The notes beneath the pieces were generated by a model, which saw only the letters and a list, made by a program, of their open reading frames with translations, did no database searches and was not told where the DNA came from. Below are positions 21,094-29,378 of a stretch of 64,000 nt of DNA, in pieces. Origin of the DNA: Myxococcota bacterium (GTDB lineage Bacteria > Myxococcota_A > Polyangia > Nannocystales > Nannocystaceae); contig JBCCWC010000002.1 of NCBI GenBank assembly GCA_039194325.1, positions 1 to 64,000 of the forward strand. Direction: 5' to 3'. A program made the translations under genes and the position numbers. Position 1 is the first letter of the stretch; each line of letters opens with the position of its first letter.

Positions 21094-21539
21094 GGCGTGG
21101 GCTCGCGGTCTTGCGGGTGGTCTTGCGGGTGGTCTTGCGGGTGGTCTTGCGGGTGGTCTTGCGGGTGGTCCGGCGGATGGTCCGGCGGGTGGTCCGGCGG
21201 GTGGTCCGGCTCGGGGGTCACGACCATAGCCGCCAGCTGCTCGCCGACCACCTCCATAGTAAGGATCCGGTCGAACAGGTGCAGGCTGGTCTGGGTGCGC
21301 AGCAGGGCGCGGCCGGCCTTGGGATCGTCGTTGCGCATGGCGGCGACCAGGCCAGCCATGCGCTGGGCCAGGTGATGGGCGCCCACCCGGTCCAGCTCGT
21401 GGCGCAGGGCATCGAGCTCGCCGAGCTCACCGGGTCCGGCGGTGCGGACTCCTCGGACGACCAGCGCATCGAGTTGCTGCTTGCTCCGCTCGAGTGCTTG
21501 TACGACCTGCGCGAGCTCGTCCGGGTCGATCGTTCGCAT
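21090..21539 (-). CDS. Hypothetical helical protein with a C-terminal (DHP[PQ])8 tail; first gene of the YehL operon
   Basis: 149-aa amphipathic ORF coupled to the next gene by an ATGA overlap. Confidence 0.7.
   Translation of the reverse strand: MRTIDPDELAQVVQALERSKQQLDALVVRGVRTAGPGELGELDALRHELDRVGAHHLAQRMAGLVAAMRNDDPKAGRALLRTQTSLHLFDRILTMEVVGEQLAAMVVTPEPDHPPDHPPDHPPDHPQDHPQDHPQDHPQDHPQDREPTP
21107..21202. repeat. 12-bp coding tandem repeat x8 (encodes DHPQ x5 and DHPP x3 on the minus strand)
   Basis: GGTCTTGCGGGT x5 followed by GGTCCGGCGGRT x3. Confidence 0.95.
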
Positions 21540-22029
21540 CTTCGACAGGCGCAGAGTGCCATGGACGCTCTTGGGCGGCTCGTGGTGGGGTTCTGTGCGC
21601 TATTGGCGCAGTTCTTGCCCCGCCGCAAAGAGGGCGTGAAGCGGGCATCCTGCCCCGGATTTCAAGCCGGCGGTTTCGCACGTCTTTGTGTTCAAGGGTC
21701 AGAATCCAAGAGATCTTGGTGGATGCGACGGGGGAGGGGGGATGCATGAGAGTGCCCGTGGTTGGTCGGGGTCTCGAAGACGAAGTGGGGGCGTAGGGGA
21801 GCGGGTTGACCAGGCCGCAGGCGTGGCCTTGGCCCACGTGAAGACCGTCGGTCCGCCGACGGGGTGGTCGTCGTGTCTTGCGGCGGGCCTGGTTGATCGG
21901 TCGGACGGTAGACGTCGCCATGGCTCGTCGAGGCGAGCATTGTGATCCTGCTCGCCACCGCAGGGAGGATCTTGTGGTTACCCAGAAGTATGTGCCTTCT
22001 GTCATATCTTGATTCAATAGCAGCGACCA

Positions 22030-22073
22030 ATGGATAGATAATGGATGGATGGATAGATAGATAGATAATGGAT
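22030..22073. repeat. AT-rich microsatellite-like tract (GGAT/AGAT units)
   Basis: ATGGATAGATAATGGATGGATGGATAGATAGATAGATAATGGAT. Confidence 0.8.
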
Positions 22074-22302
22074 CGCAGAGTTCACATGCTGTCCTTCGAA
22101 CCGTGGCGACTTATGGCCATTTGGAGGAACACTTTGATCCGCTGCGGTATATTCGGGGCATTTCGAGTATGTCCAAGGGCCTCCAGGGCGAGACCGCCAT
22201 GCAACGATAGAGTCATGGCCTCTAGTTCTCTTGCGAGCAGCGGAACGTGATGTTCGAAACGATGATTCGCCCACGATCGACGATCCATGGTACTGTACGG
22301 AT

Positions 22303-23073
22303 ATGGGACGGTGGAGATGGGTCGCGAGTGTCGCGATCTTGAACATTCTGGGCGTGCTGCCTGTTGCTTGCCAAAGCGACGTCTTTACATGTTCGAATTC
22401 CGAGCAGTGCCAGACGGGAGGTGTGTTCGGATGGTGCGAGGCCAGCGGTTACTGTAGCTTTGGCGACCCAACCTGCGAAAGTGGGCGTCGCTACGGAGTC
22501 CTCGCGCCCGAGAGCCTCTCGAACCGGTGTGTGCTGCCGCCGGGTTCGATGACCACCGGTGATGACGCGGGGGAGGTGGGGTCCAGGGGCGTAACGGGTG
22601 ATGGCTCGGGCTCCGTTGGGCCTGCCTCTGGCACGGACGCCGGCTTTGGTGAGAGCGACGGGGTCGACGGGGTCGACGGTCCCTCGAGCACCGGGTTCTC
22701 CTCGTCGGGTGAGGGCGGAGTTCTAGATGCCTCGGGAGATACCGATCTGACCGAAGGCCCGGCCCTCGACACCGGAGGCGGTGGTGAGGGGACGGGCGCG
22801 GGCTCGAGCACAGAGACGGGCGTCCTCGATTGCGCGGCTCTTTACGGCGGATTGCCCGGCTTCCAGCTGTGCATGGCAGACGAGCCGAACACCTGCGTCT
22901 TCTATAGTTGGCTCGACGATTTCGATTCGTGCTCGAGCCTGTGTGCGAGCGGCGGTGGCCAGTGCACGAGCGCTACCGACGAGCTCAACGACGGCTGCCT
23001 CGCCTCTGCGGAGACCTTTGCGTGCAACTCACAGTTCCACGCGGACTTGATCTGTACGTGTCAGATGGACTAG
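22303..23073 (+). CDS. Cys-rich putative lipoprotein (N-terminal Cys domain with CxSGRRYG, G/S/T/D linker, C-terminal 10-Cys domain)
   Basis: Signal peptide ending PVAC; TGG-TACTGT lies 6 nt before the ATG; paralog at 29379-30113. Confidence 0.75.
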   Translation: MGRWRWVASVAILNILGVLPVACQSDVFTCSNSEQCQTGGVFGWCEASGYCSFGDPTCESGRRYGVLAPESLSNRCVLPPGSMTTGDDAGEVGSRGVTGDGSGSVGPASGTDAGFGESDGVDGVDGPSSTGFSSSGEGGVLDASGDTDLTEGPALDTGGGGEGTGAGSSTETGVLDCAALYGGLPGFQLCMADEPNTCVFYSWLDDFDSCSSLCASGGGQCTSATDELNDGCLASAETFACNSQFHADLICTCQMD

Positions 23074-23076
23074 CGC

Positions 23077-23661
23077 CTACTTCTTGGCCACGTACTTCAC
23101 GTTCTTGAGGATCAGCCAGTTGATCGTGCGGTGATCGACCAGCCGATAGCGCCGATTCGCCGGCGCCTCCAGGTCGATCACCTGGCTGCGCCCCATCTTG
23201 GCCTCGGTCTTGATCAAGTAGCCGATCAGCGTTCGCAGCTCCCCCTTGACCCCCTTTTTGATCGCGGCGTTGATCTTGGTCTTGAGGGCTTTGGAGACCT
23301 CGCCGCTGCCGCCCTCGTCCTCTTCGATCGCCGCGAGGATCTCGGTCAGTACGTCTTTTTCCTTGAGCTGCTTGTTGAAGTTGACCGTGAAGATCGAGTC
23401 GCCAGCGTTCTCGAGGATCTCGCAGATCTGCGTGCGCGTGACCTCGACCTTCTTGTCGAATTGCTTGGCCGAGTACATGCCTTCTTCGACGATCGAGTGC
23501 CCCACATAGAACTCGTAGCCACGCTCGTTGCGAACCTTGACTTGCTTGTCCGATTTTTCGACGACCTGGTAGTACTGGGTCTCGGACATATAGTCGCCGA
23601 CCTTGAGCTTGGCGACGCTGGTTCGCTTTTCTTGTTCTTGCTCGGTCTGTTTCTTGGCCAT
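23077..23661 (-). CDS. Hypothetical Lys/Glu-rich cytoplasmic protein
   Basis: 194-aa ORF with strong GC3 bias and an AAGGA RBS; motifs IFTVNFNKQ and RLVDHRTINWLILKNVKY. Confidence 0.8.
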   Translation of the reverse strand: MAKKQTEQEQEKRTSVAKLKVGDYMSETQYYQVVEKSDKQVKVRNERGYEFYVGHSIVEEGMYSAKQFDKKVEVTRTQICEILENAGDSIFTVNFNKQLKEKDVLTEILAAIEEDEGGSGEVSKALKTKINAAIKKGVKGELRTLIGYLIKTEAKMGRSQVIDLEAPANRRYRLVDHRTINWLILKNVKYVAKK

Positions 23662-23680
23662 CGTCGTCTCGTTCCTTCAG

Positions 23681-24934
23681 CTATCGGGATTGTGCGGGCG
23701 CCGGAGCGGGCTGCGCGGGCTGGCTCGGTGGACGCACCAGCTCGCGCTCGAGCCCCCTGGAGATCCGGATCTCGTCGTCCTGCGTGATGATGACCGCCTC
23801 GAGCCCAGCGCGCTCCTCTACGAACGCCATGCCCGCGTCCACGCCCATCACCGCCACTGCCGTGCAGTAGGCGTCTGCGTCGGTGGCCGTATCGGCCACC
23901 AGGGTCACGCTCTTGGGGCTGCGATCGGCGGGGATCGGCCAGCCGGTGCGGGGATCGAGGATATGGGCGTAGCGCTTCCCTTCATGCTCGAAGAAGCGCT
24001 GATAGTCCCCCGAGGTGACCACCGCTCGGTCGCGGGTCGGCAGTGCCCCCACCACCCCGCGGGTGTGCGGCCGCTGGATCCCCACCATCCACGGCTTGCC
24101 CCCCTTGGTCCCCGCCGCATAGGTGTCGCCGCCGACTTCGACCACGTGGTCGGGAAAGCCGCGCGCGGCGAGGAGGGCGGAGGCCTTGTCGGCCGCGAAC
24201 CCCTTGCCGATCGCGCCGAGCCCCAGCATCATGCCTGGCTCGCGTAGCCGCCCCGTACCCTGGGCCTGGTCGAGCTCGAGGCCTTGCCAGTTCACCAGCG
24301 GCAGCTTGGCCTTCACCTGCTCGGGCGAGGGCGGGGTCGATCCGGGCGCGAAGCTCCACAGCTGCCCCACGCCGTGGAAGGTGGGGTCGAAGGCGCCGTT
24401 CGTGTCTTGGGCGATCCGGCGGGAGGCGAGCAGCACTTCGAGCAGCTCGGGGCTGAGCGGGCGCGCGGGTCCGCCGGCGCCGTCGCTGAGCCGGGACAGC
24501 TCGCTGGTGGACCGCCACTCGCTCATGATCTGCTCCAGCCGGGCCATCTCGTCGAACGCGGCTTGCACCGCGGCCCCGGCTGCGGCTGTGTCGGCCGTGG
24601 AGGGGTCGCCGGCCCACACGTTGATCGACACTCGGGTGCCCATCAGCTCCGAGTCGGCGAGCACCGTACCGTCCTTGCGCACGGGAATCGTGCTCGGCGG
24701 CGACCCGCTGGTGGGGGCTCGGGCCGCGGCCTCGGGCGTGCGGGCCGAGGGTTGGGCCTGGGGTTCCGGCTGGGGTTCCGGCTGGGGGATCGGCGTGGAC
24801 GAGGTCGGTCGCCCCGCGCGGGCTGTCGGGGGCGGCGACTCGGCGCGCTCGCAGCCGCCGGTGGCGAGCAGCCCGAGGCAGAGCGTCAGCCCGGTAGCCA
24901 CCCGAATGGCCGCAACAGTCGCGTGTCGCTTCAT
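23681..24934 (-). CDS. apbE: FAD:protein FMN transferase (ApbE) lipoprotein
   Basis: LMGT, SELSRL, GAFDPT, LGAIGKGFAAD, EVGGD, TSGDYQRF, HILDPRTGWP and ADAYCTA motifs; lipobox-like TGGC. Confidence 0.9.
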   Translation of the reverse strand: MKRHATVAAIRVATGLTLCLGLLATGGCERAESPPPTARAGRPTSSTPIPQPEPQPEPQAQPSARTPEAAARAPTSGSPPSTIPVRKDGTVLADSELMGTRVSINVWAGDPSTADTAAAGAAVQAAFDEMARLEQIMSEWRSTSELSRLSDGAGGPARPLSPELLEVLLASRRIAQDTNGAFDPTFHGVGQLWSFAPGSTPPSPEQVKAKLPLVNWQGLELDQAQGTGRLREPGMMLGLGAIGKGFAADKASALLAARGFPDHVVEVGGDTYAAGTKGGKPWMVGIQRPHTRGVVGALPTRDRAVVTSGDYQRFFEHEGKRYAHILDPRTGWPIPADRSPKSVTLVADTATDADAYCTAVAVMGVDAGMAFVEERAGLEAVIITQDDEIRISRGLERELVRPPSQPAQPAPAPAQSR

Positions 24935-26304
24935 TTGCGTTTCTTGCGGCCGCGAGAGGTAGGGGGAGGAGGAGGGATCACCGGGGGCGGCGGGAGCAGC
25001 GACTTGATCCGCTTGAGGGTCTCACCGGGCCGCTTGATGTCTTCCTCGGCGAAGAGCTCCTTGTACTCGAGGTCTTCGAGCTCGTCGACGTGTTCGAGCT
25101 CATCCTGGGGCTTGGCGTACTCCAGCACCTGGTCGAGCAGGGCGTCGAGCTCGGTGTTGTCGTCCTGGGTCGCCTTCGGTTGGTCGATCTGGGCGAAGAT
25201 CGCCTTGTCTTCCTGGCTCATGCTCATGTTCATGGACGAGGACGACGCGCTGGGCGGAGGGTCCGCGTGCGGCGGTGGGCTCATCACCGCCGTGTCTTCG
25301 TCGTCGTCGCTGTCATCCTCGAGATCGAGATCGAGATCGAGATCGATGTCGATGTCCTCGTCTTCGGCCTGCTCGGCTCGCTGGAACAGCAAGTCCAGCT
25401 CGGGGTAGCGGCGCCAGTGCTCCCCGGCCGTTTCGGCGGCGGCGTGGGCCCCGGCCGAGCCCACCTCGGGCACCCGGATGTGCAGCAGGCCCAGCACCAC
25501 GGTCACCGAGAACACGCCGTCGGCGTAGTACGTGTCGATCGACTCCTTGAGCTTCCAAAACAGCTCCTGGGGCTTGTCGTGGTCGCCGAGGATCGCCTTC
25601 CACACCCGCAGGGGGCCGTGCTCGATGACCGGGGAGAACAGGAACTCGCGCCCGCTGGCAAACAAAAGCGAGCTACGCTCTTGCTCGACGACGAAGTGGT
25701 CGGGCCCCACCCCTAAGGCCTGGACCGCGGCCGCGAGCTCGGGTCCGGTGGGGCGCAGCCGCTTGAGGTGACGCAGGCGTCGGGCGGCGTCCTTGTGCCG
25801 GGCGGCCAGCAGGACCTCGCGGAACAGATCTTCCACCTCGGCCCAGGTGCCGACCATGGGTAGGGTGGCCAGCACGTGTCCGCCGGGCTTGGTCACGCGT
25901 AGGATCTCGCGCAAGGACTCGTCGAAGTTGTGGACCTCGCCCAGCACCAGGTTGGCCACGACCAGGTCGTAGGTATCGGCGCCCATGCCGACCACCTCGG
26001 CCAGGGCGCCGTCCTTGAGGTACACGCGGCCCTTCCACTCCGGCCGCATGCGGTTCTTGGCCAGGGTGCGCAGCGCGTTGTCGGGCTCGAGGGCGAGCAC
26101 GCGCGTGCCCGGGCCGAGGCGCTCGAGCAATTCCGCGGTGGTGCGGCCGGGGCCGCAGTGCACATCGAGGGTGAATGCGTCGACACCTCGCGGGAGGTGG
26201 CGAAAGATCAGCCGGGCGAAGCGGTCATGCCACAGCGGGGCCACTTCGCGGTCCATGGCCCGCGCAAAGCGCTGTTCTCGCTGTGACTGAGGGGTGGTGG
26301 CCAC
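24931..26304 (-). CDS. Class I SAM-dependent methyltransferase-like protein with an acidic, Pro/Lys-rich C-terminal extension
   Basis: LDVHCGPG, YDLVVANLVL and EILRVTKPGG motifs; ATGA overlap with apbE. Confidence 0.7.
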   Translation of the reverse strand: MATTPQSQREQRFARAMDREVAPLWHDRFARLIFRHLPRGVDAFTLDVHCGPGRTTAELLERLGPGTRVLALEPDNALRTLAKNRMRPEWKGRVYLKDGALAEVVGMGADTYDLVVANLVLGEVHNFDESLREILRVTKPGGHVLATLPMVGTWAEVEDLFREVLLAARHKDAARRLRHLKRLRPTGPELAAAVQALGVGPDHFVVEQERSSLLFASGREFLFSPVIEHGPLRVWKAILGDHDKPQELFWKLKESIDTYYADGVFSVTVVLGLLHIRVPEVGSAGAHAAAETAGEHWRRYPELDLLFQRAEQAEDEDIDIDLDLDLDLEDDSDDDEDTAVMSPPPHADPPPSASSSSMNMSMSQEDKAIFAQIDQPKATQDDNTELDALLDQVLEYAKPQDELEHVDELEDLEYKELFAEEDIKRPGETLKRIKSLLPPPPVIPPPPPTSRGRKKRK

Positions 26305-26311
26305 GCAGGGT

Positions 26312-27511
26312 TCACTCGGGCACCATGATCAGGCCGAACTCGAGGGCCCCGTCGCCCTGGGCTTGCACGTCATCGCAGCCCTCGTTGGAGTCGGCGATGC
26401 AGTAGCTGACCGCCGTGCTCAGGATCCACGAGCGCTCGCGGAACTCTTCGGGGACCGCCGGGCCGCTGACGTAGATCCCATGGAGGAAGCCGTCGTGCGG
26501 CGCCTCTCCTATCAGGCGCGATGGCGCCAGGCAAAAGCCATCCTCGTTGGATCGGCAGGGATCTTCGTCCACCGCCTGGATGCGTTGGACCGGGGCGAGC
26601 GTTCGAGAATACGAGAAGCTAAACCAGCACTGTGAATCGCACGTGCCCGGGCTGAGCACGTCATACCGAGGATCGGGCTCGGTCTCGTCGTAGAACTCGA
26701 AGGGCATGGTGGGATCGTAGGTCCGCACCACGGGGATGAGCTCGGCGTTGTCGAGTCCGCTGTGGCTGGCGGTGATGTCGTAGCCCTGCGGGGCGTCGTT
26801 GGTGACGCAGTAGGGCACGAACACTTCCCGCCCCGACTGGGTGCCCCGCACCATGAACACCCAGGTGCCTCGGCGTTCCTCGTCGATGGCACCGGTGAGC
26901 CGACAGGTCTCGGAATCGACCTCGATCCCGCTGGGTCGGCGCCCGTTGCCGTTGCCGCCCGGGGCGTCACAGGTGATGGGCGAGCCGTCGCCCGTGTCGG
27001 GGAGCACCAGCGACAGCAGGGTGTCGCTATCATCCATGCGCAGGCAGTAGGGCGTCATGTCGAGCGATAGCGGTGCGTTCAGCTGCTGGTTGACCGTGAT
27101 CGAGCAGGTACCGGTGGCGCTGTAGCGGTCGGGGTCGTCTTGGTCTTCGACGTTGATGTCGAAGGTGTAGACGTTCGGATCGGCCTCCACCGTGCCCGAC
27201 AGCTGCCCGGTCTGCTCGTCGAGGATCAGCCCGGCGGGCAGCTCACCCGTGGCGGAGTACACGTAGGTAAAGTCGTCGAGTCGCCCCGTGATCTTGTAGG
27301 GCCCGTCGCCGTCGGGGTCGTTTTCGGGGGTTTGCTCGTAGCGCGCTCCCTTGGCCGTGAGCGGGAGCATCGCGCAGTCCACCACCAGCTCGTTCGCCGG
27401 TCGCAGCGGCTCCGGGGGCACGTAGTTGGTGGGCGCGGGAAGGTCGCTGGTACACCCCGGCAGCATCAGCAGCACGGGGCCGGTCAGAGCGAGCAGCGGG
27501 CGCAGTCGCAT
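26312..27511 (-). CDS. Lipoprotein with a putative Ig (He_PIG-like) domain, Cys-rich
   Basis: Lipobox LPGC; GELPAGLILDEQTGQLSGT...YTFDINVED motif. Confidence 0.7.
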   Translation of the reverse strand: MRLRPLLALTGPVLLMLPGCTSDLPAPTNYVPPEPLRPANELVVDCAMLPLTAKGARYEQTPENDPDGDGPYKITGRLDDFTYVYSATGELPAGLILDEQTGQLSGTVEADPNVYTFDINVEDQDDPDRYSATGTCSITVNQQLNAPLSLDMTPYCLRMDDSDTLLSLVLPDTGDGSPITCDAPGGNGNGRRPSGIEVDSETCRLTGAIDEERRGTWVFMVRGTQSGREVFVPYCVTNDAPQGYDITASHSGLDNAELIPVVRTYDPTMPFEFYDETEPDPRYDVLSPGTCDSQCWFSFSYSRTLAPVQRIQAVDEDPCRSNEDGFCLAPSRLIGEAPHDGFLHGIYVSGPAVPEEFRERSWILSTAVSYCIADSNEGCDDVQAQGDGALEFGLIMVPE

Positions 27512-27572
27512 GAAAAAGCAGCTCCGGTCCGGCCGAAAAGGCCGTGGCAGAGCGTAACACAGCGGCGACGGC

Positions 27573-28991
27573 CTATCCCATAACCGCCGCTTCCACCGCG
27601 GAGGGCTGCTTGGGGATGGCTGCGGTCAGCACTTCGGGCTCGGTGGTCGTGCAGAGCACATCGTCCTCGATACGGATCCCCCGAACCTCGGAGAAGTGGT
27701 GCAATCGCTCCGGATCGAAGCTGCGATCGGCCACGAAGGGCCCGACCAGCGACTCTCGCTCGAGGATCGCGGGGACCAGGTACAGCCCCGGCTCGATCGT
27801 GACGACCATGCCGGGGGCCAGATCGCGGTCGAGGCGGAGGTAGCCCAGCCCGAATTGATCGCTGCGGGCGCGATCGGGGGCATAGCCGGCGCGATCGCCC
27901 AAGTCTTCCATGTCGTGCACGTCCAGGCCCAGCAGGTGGCCGACCCCGTGGGGGAAGAAGAGCGCATGGGCGCCGCGCTCCACCAGCGACTCGGGGTCGC
28001 CGCGCAGCAGGCCCTCGTCGACCAAGCCGCGGGCCAGCGTCAGGCAGGCCGTCAGGTGGACGTCGCGGTAGCGCACCCCGGACCGAACCCGGGCGATCGC
28101 GTCGAGCTGGGCTTGCAGCACGATCTCATAGAGCGCCCGCTGTGGCCCCGAGAACGTGCCGTGAACCGGCCAGGTGCGGGTGACGTCGTTGGCCCAGCCC
28201 TCCAGCTCCGCGCCGACGTCGGCGAGCACCAGATCGTGCTCGCCGAGCGTATGGTCATAGGTGGTGTTGTGCAGGATCTCACCGTGGACGGTGACGATGC
28301 TGTTATAGGCGGGCGCCATGCCGCGGCTGAGGATCTCGCGTTCCATCGCCGCGCGCACCTCGTGCTCGAGCACCCCGGGTCGCGTGGTGGCCATGCCGGC
28401 CCGGTGGGCGGCGGCGGTGCCATCCACGGCGCGACGGATCATGGCCAGCGCGGCCGCGTCGTGGGTAAGGCGCAGGGCGATCATGGCATCGGCCAGGACC
28501 AGATCGGTGTCGCGGAGCTCCCCGGGCGGCGGGAACACCTGACCGGGCCAGCGTCGCCCCAGCAGCGTACGCTGCCGGTAGCGGGTGAGGGGATCGGCCG
28601 AGGGCAGGGTGCTGACTCGCTCGCCGCCGCCGGCGGCCTTGAGCGCCCTCGGTAGATCGTCGAGCGGGCGGACCGCGTCGACCCCGGTGGCCCGGGCGAT
28701 GTCGTCGGGCCCGGGGAGTGGGCCGTGCCACAGGGGGTCGTCCTTGTCTTGGGGGGGGACGAACAGCTCGGCGCGCTTGCCCTGGACCAGCAAGGCCGCG
28801 TCGGGGAGGGCCGCGCCGACCAGGTAGAGGAAGTGGCTGTCGGCCCGGTAGGGGAACACGTTCGCGGGGTAGTTGCGAGCGCGCAGGCCCCCTGCGAACA
28901 CGAGGGCGGTGGCATCGCCGAGGTGCTCGGCGAGGACGGTGCGGCGGCTGGTGAACACCGAGGCGGGCTGGCTGGACAGCTGCGCGGACAT
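27573..28991 (-). CDS. pepP: Xaa-Pro aminopeptidase (M24B)
   Basis: YRADSHFLYL, ILH, DVGAE...NDVTRTWP, HGVGHLLGLDVHD, TIEPGLY and GIRIEDD motifs. Confidence 0.9.
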   Translation of the reverse strand: MSAQLSSQPASVFTSRRTVLAEHLGDATALVFAGGLRARNYPANVFPYRADSHFLYLVGAALPDAALLVQGKRAELFVPPQDKDDPLWHGPLPGPDDIARATGVDAVRPLDDLPRALKAAGGGERVSTLPSADPLTRYRQRTLLGRRWPGQVFPPPGELRDTDLVLADAMIALRLTHDAAALAMIRRAVDGTAAAHRAGMATTRPGVLEHEVRAAMEREILSRGMAPAYNSIVTVHGEILHNTTYDHTLGEHDLVLADVGAELEGWANDVTRTWPVHGTFSGPQRALYEIVLQAQLDAIARVRSGVRYRDVHLTACLTLARGLVDEGLLRGDPESLVERGAHALFFPHGVGHLLGLDVHDMEDLGDRAGYAPDRARSDQFGLGYLRLDRDLAPGMVVTIEPGLYLVPAILERESLVGPFVADRSFDPERLHHFSEVRGIRIEDDVLCTTTEPEVLTAAIPKQPSAVEAAVMG

Positions 28992-29033
28992 TGAGAGGGG
29001 TTACACCATGGTTTTGGCGGGGGTGGCGAGAGG

Positions 29034-29089
29034 GGAGTAGGGCGGGTGGAGTAGGGCGGGTGGAGTAGGGCAGGTGGAGTAGGGCGGGG
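29034..29089. repeat. 14-bp G-rich tandem repeat x4 upstream of pepP
   Basis: GGAGTAGGGCRGGT units at 29034, 29048, 29062 and 29076 (the last ends GGGG). Confidence 0.9.
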
Positions 29090-29378
29090 GTGGCGGCCGT
29101 TCGGGTGCGTTCGGGGAGGCGCAGCGCAGACGTGCGGTCACTCGACGAATCGCGTGGATCGGGGGGCACCGTCGTAGCGGCCGACGATGAGCGCGAGCTC
29201 GGCGGGCATGGACGATGGGGCGGGGCCCTTGTGTGCGAGTCGGTCGCTGGGGGCGTGTCCTGTGGGTTTAAGTTGCCTTAAGGAACGCGCGGTCGTAGGA
29301 AACTCCATTGGAGTGGGCATAGGGGTACTCGAAGTTCGTCGTACTCGTGACGGTGATCGCACCGTCCGACGTCGGTGG

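Noticed and set aside
21427..22017. A 196-aa minus-strand ORF containing GQGHACGL, faintly like an RCC1 repeat
   Set aside because: It is a single short motif with weak coding character and overlaps the 149-aa gene; at most an unprovable remnant.
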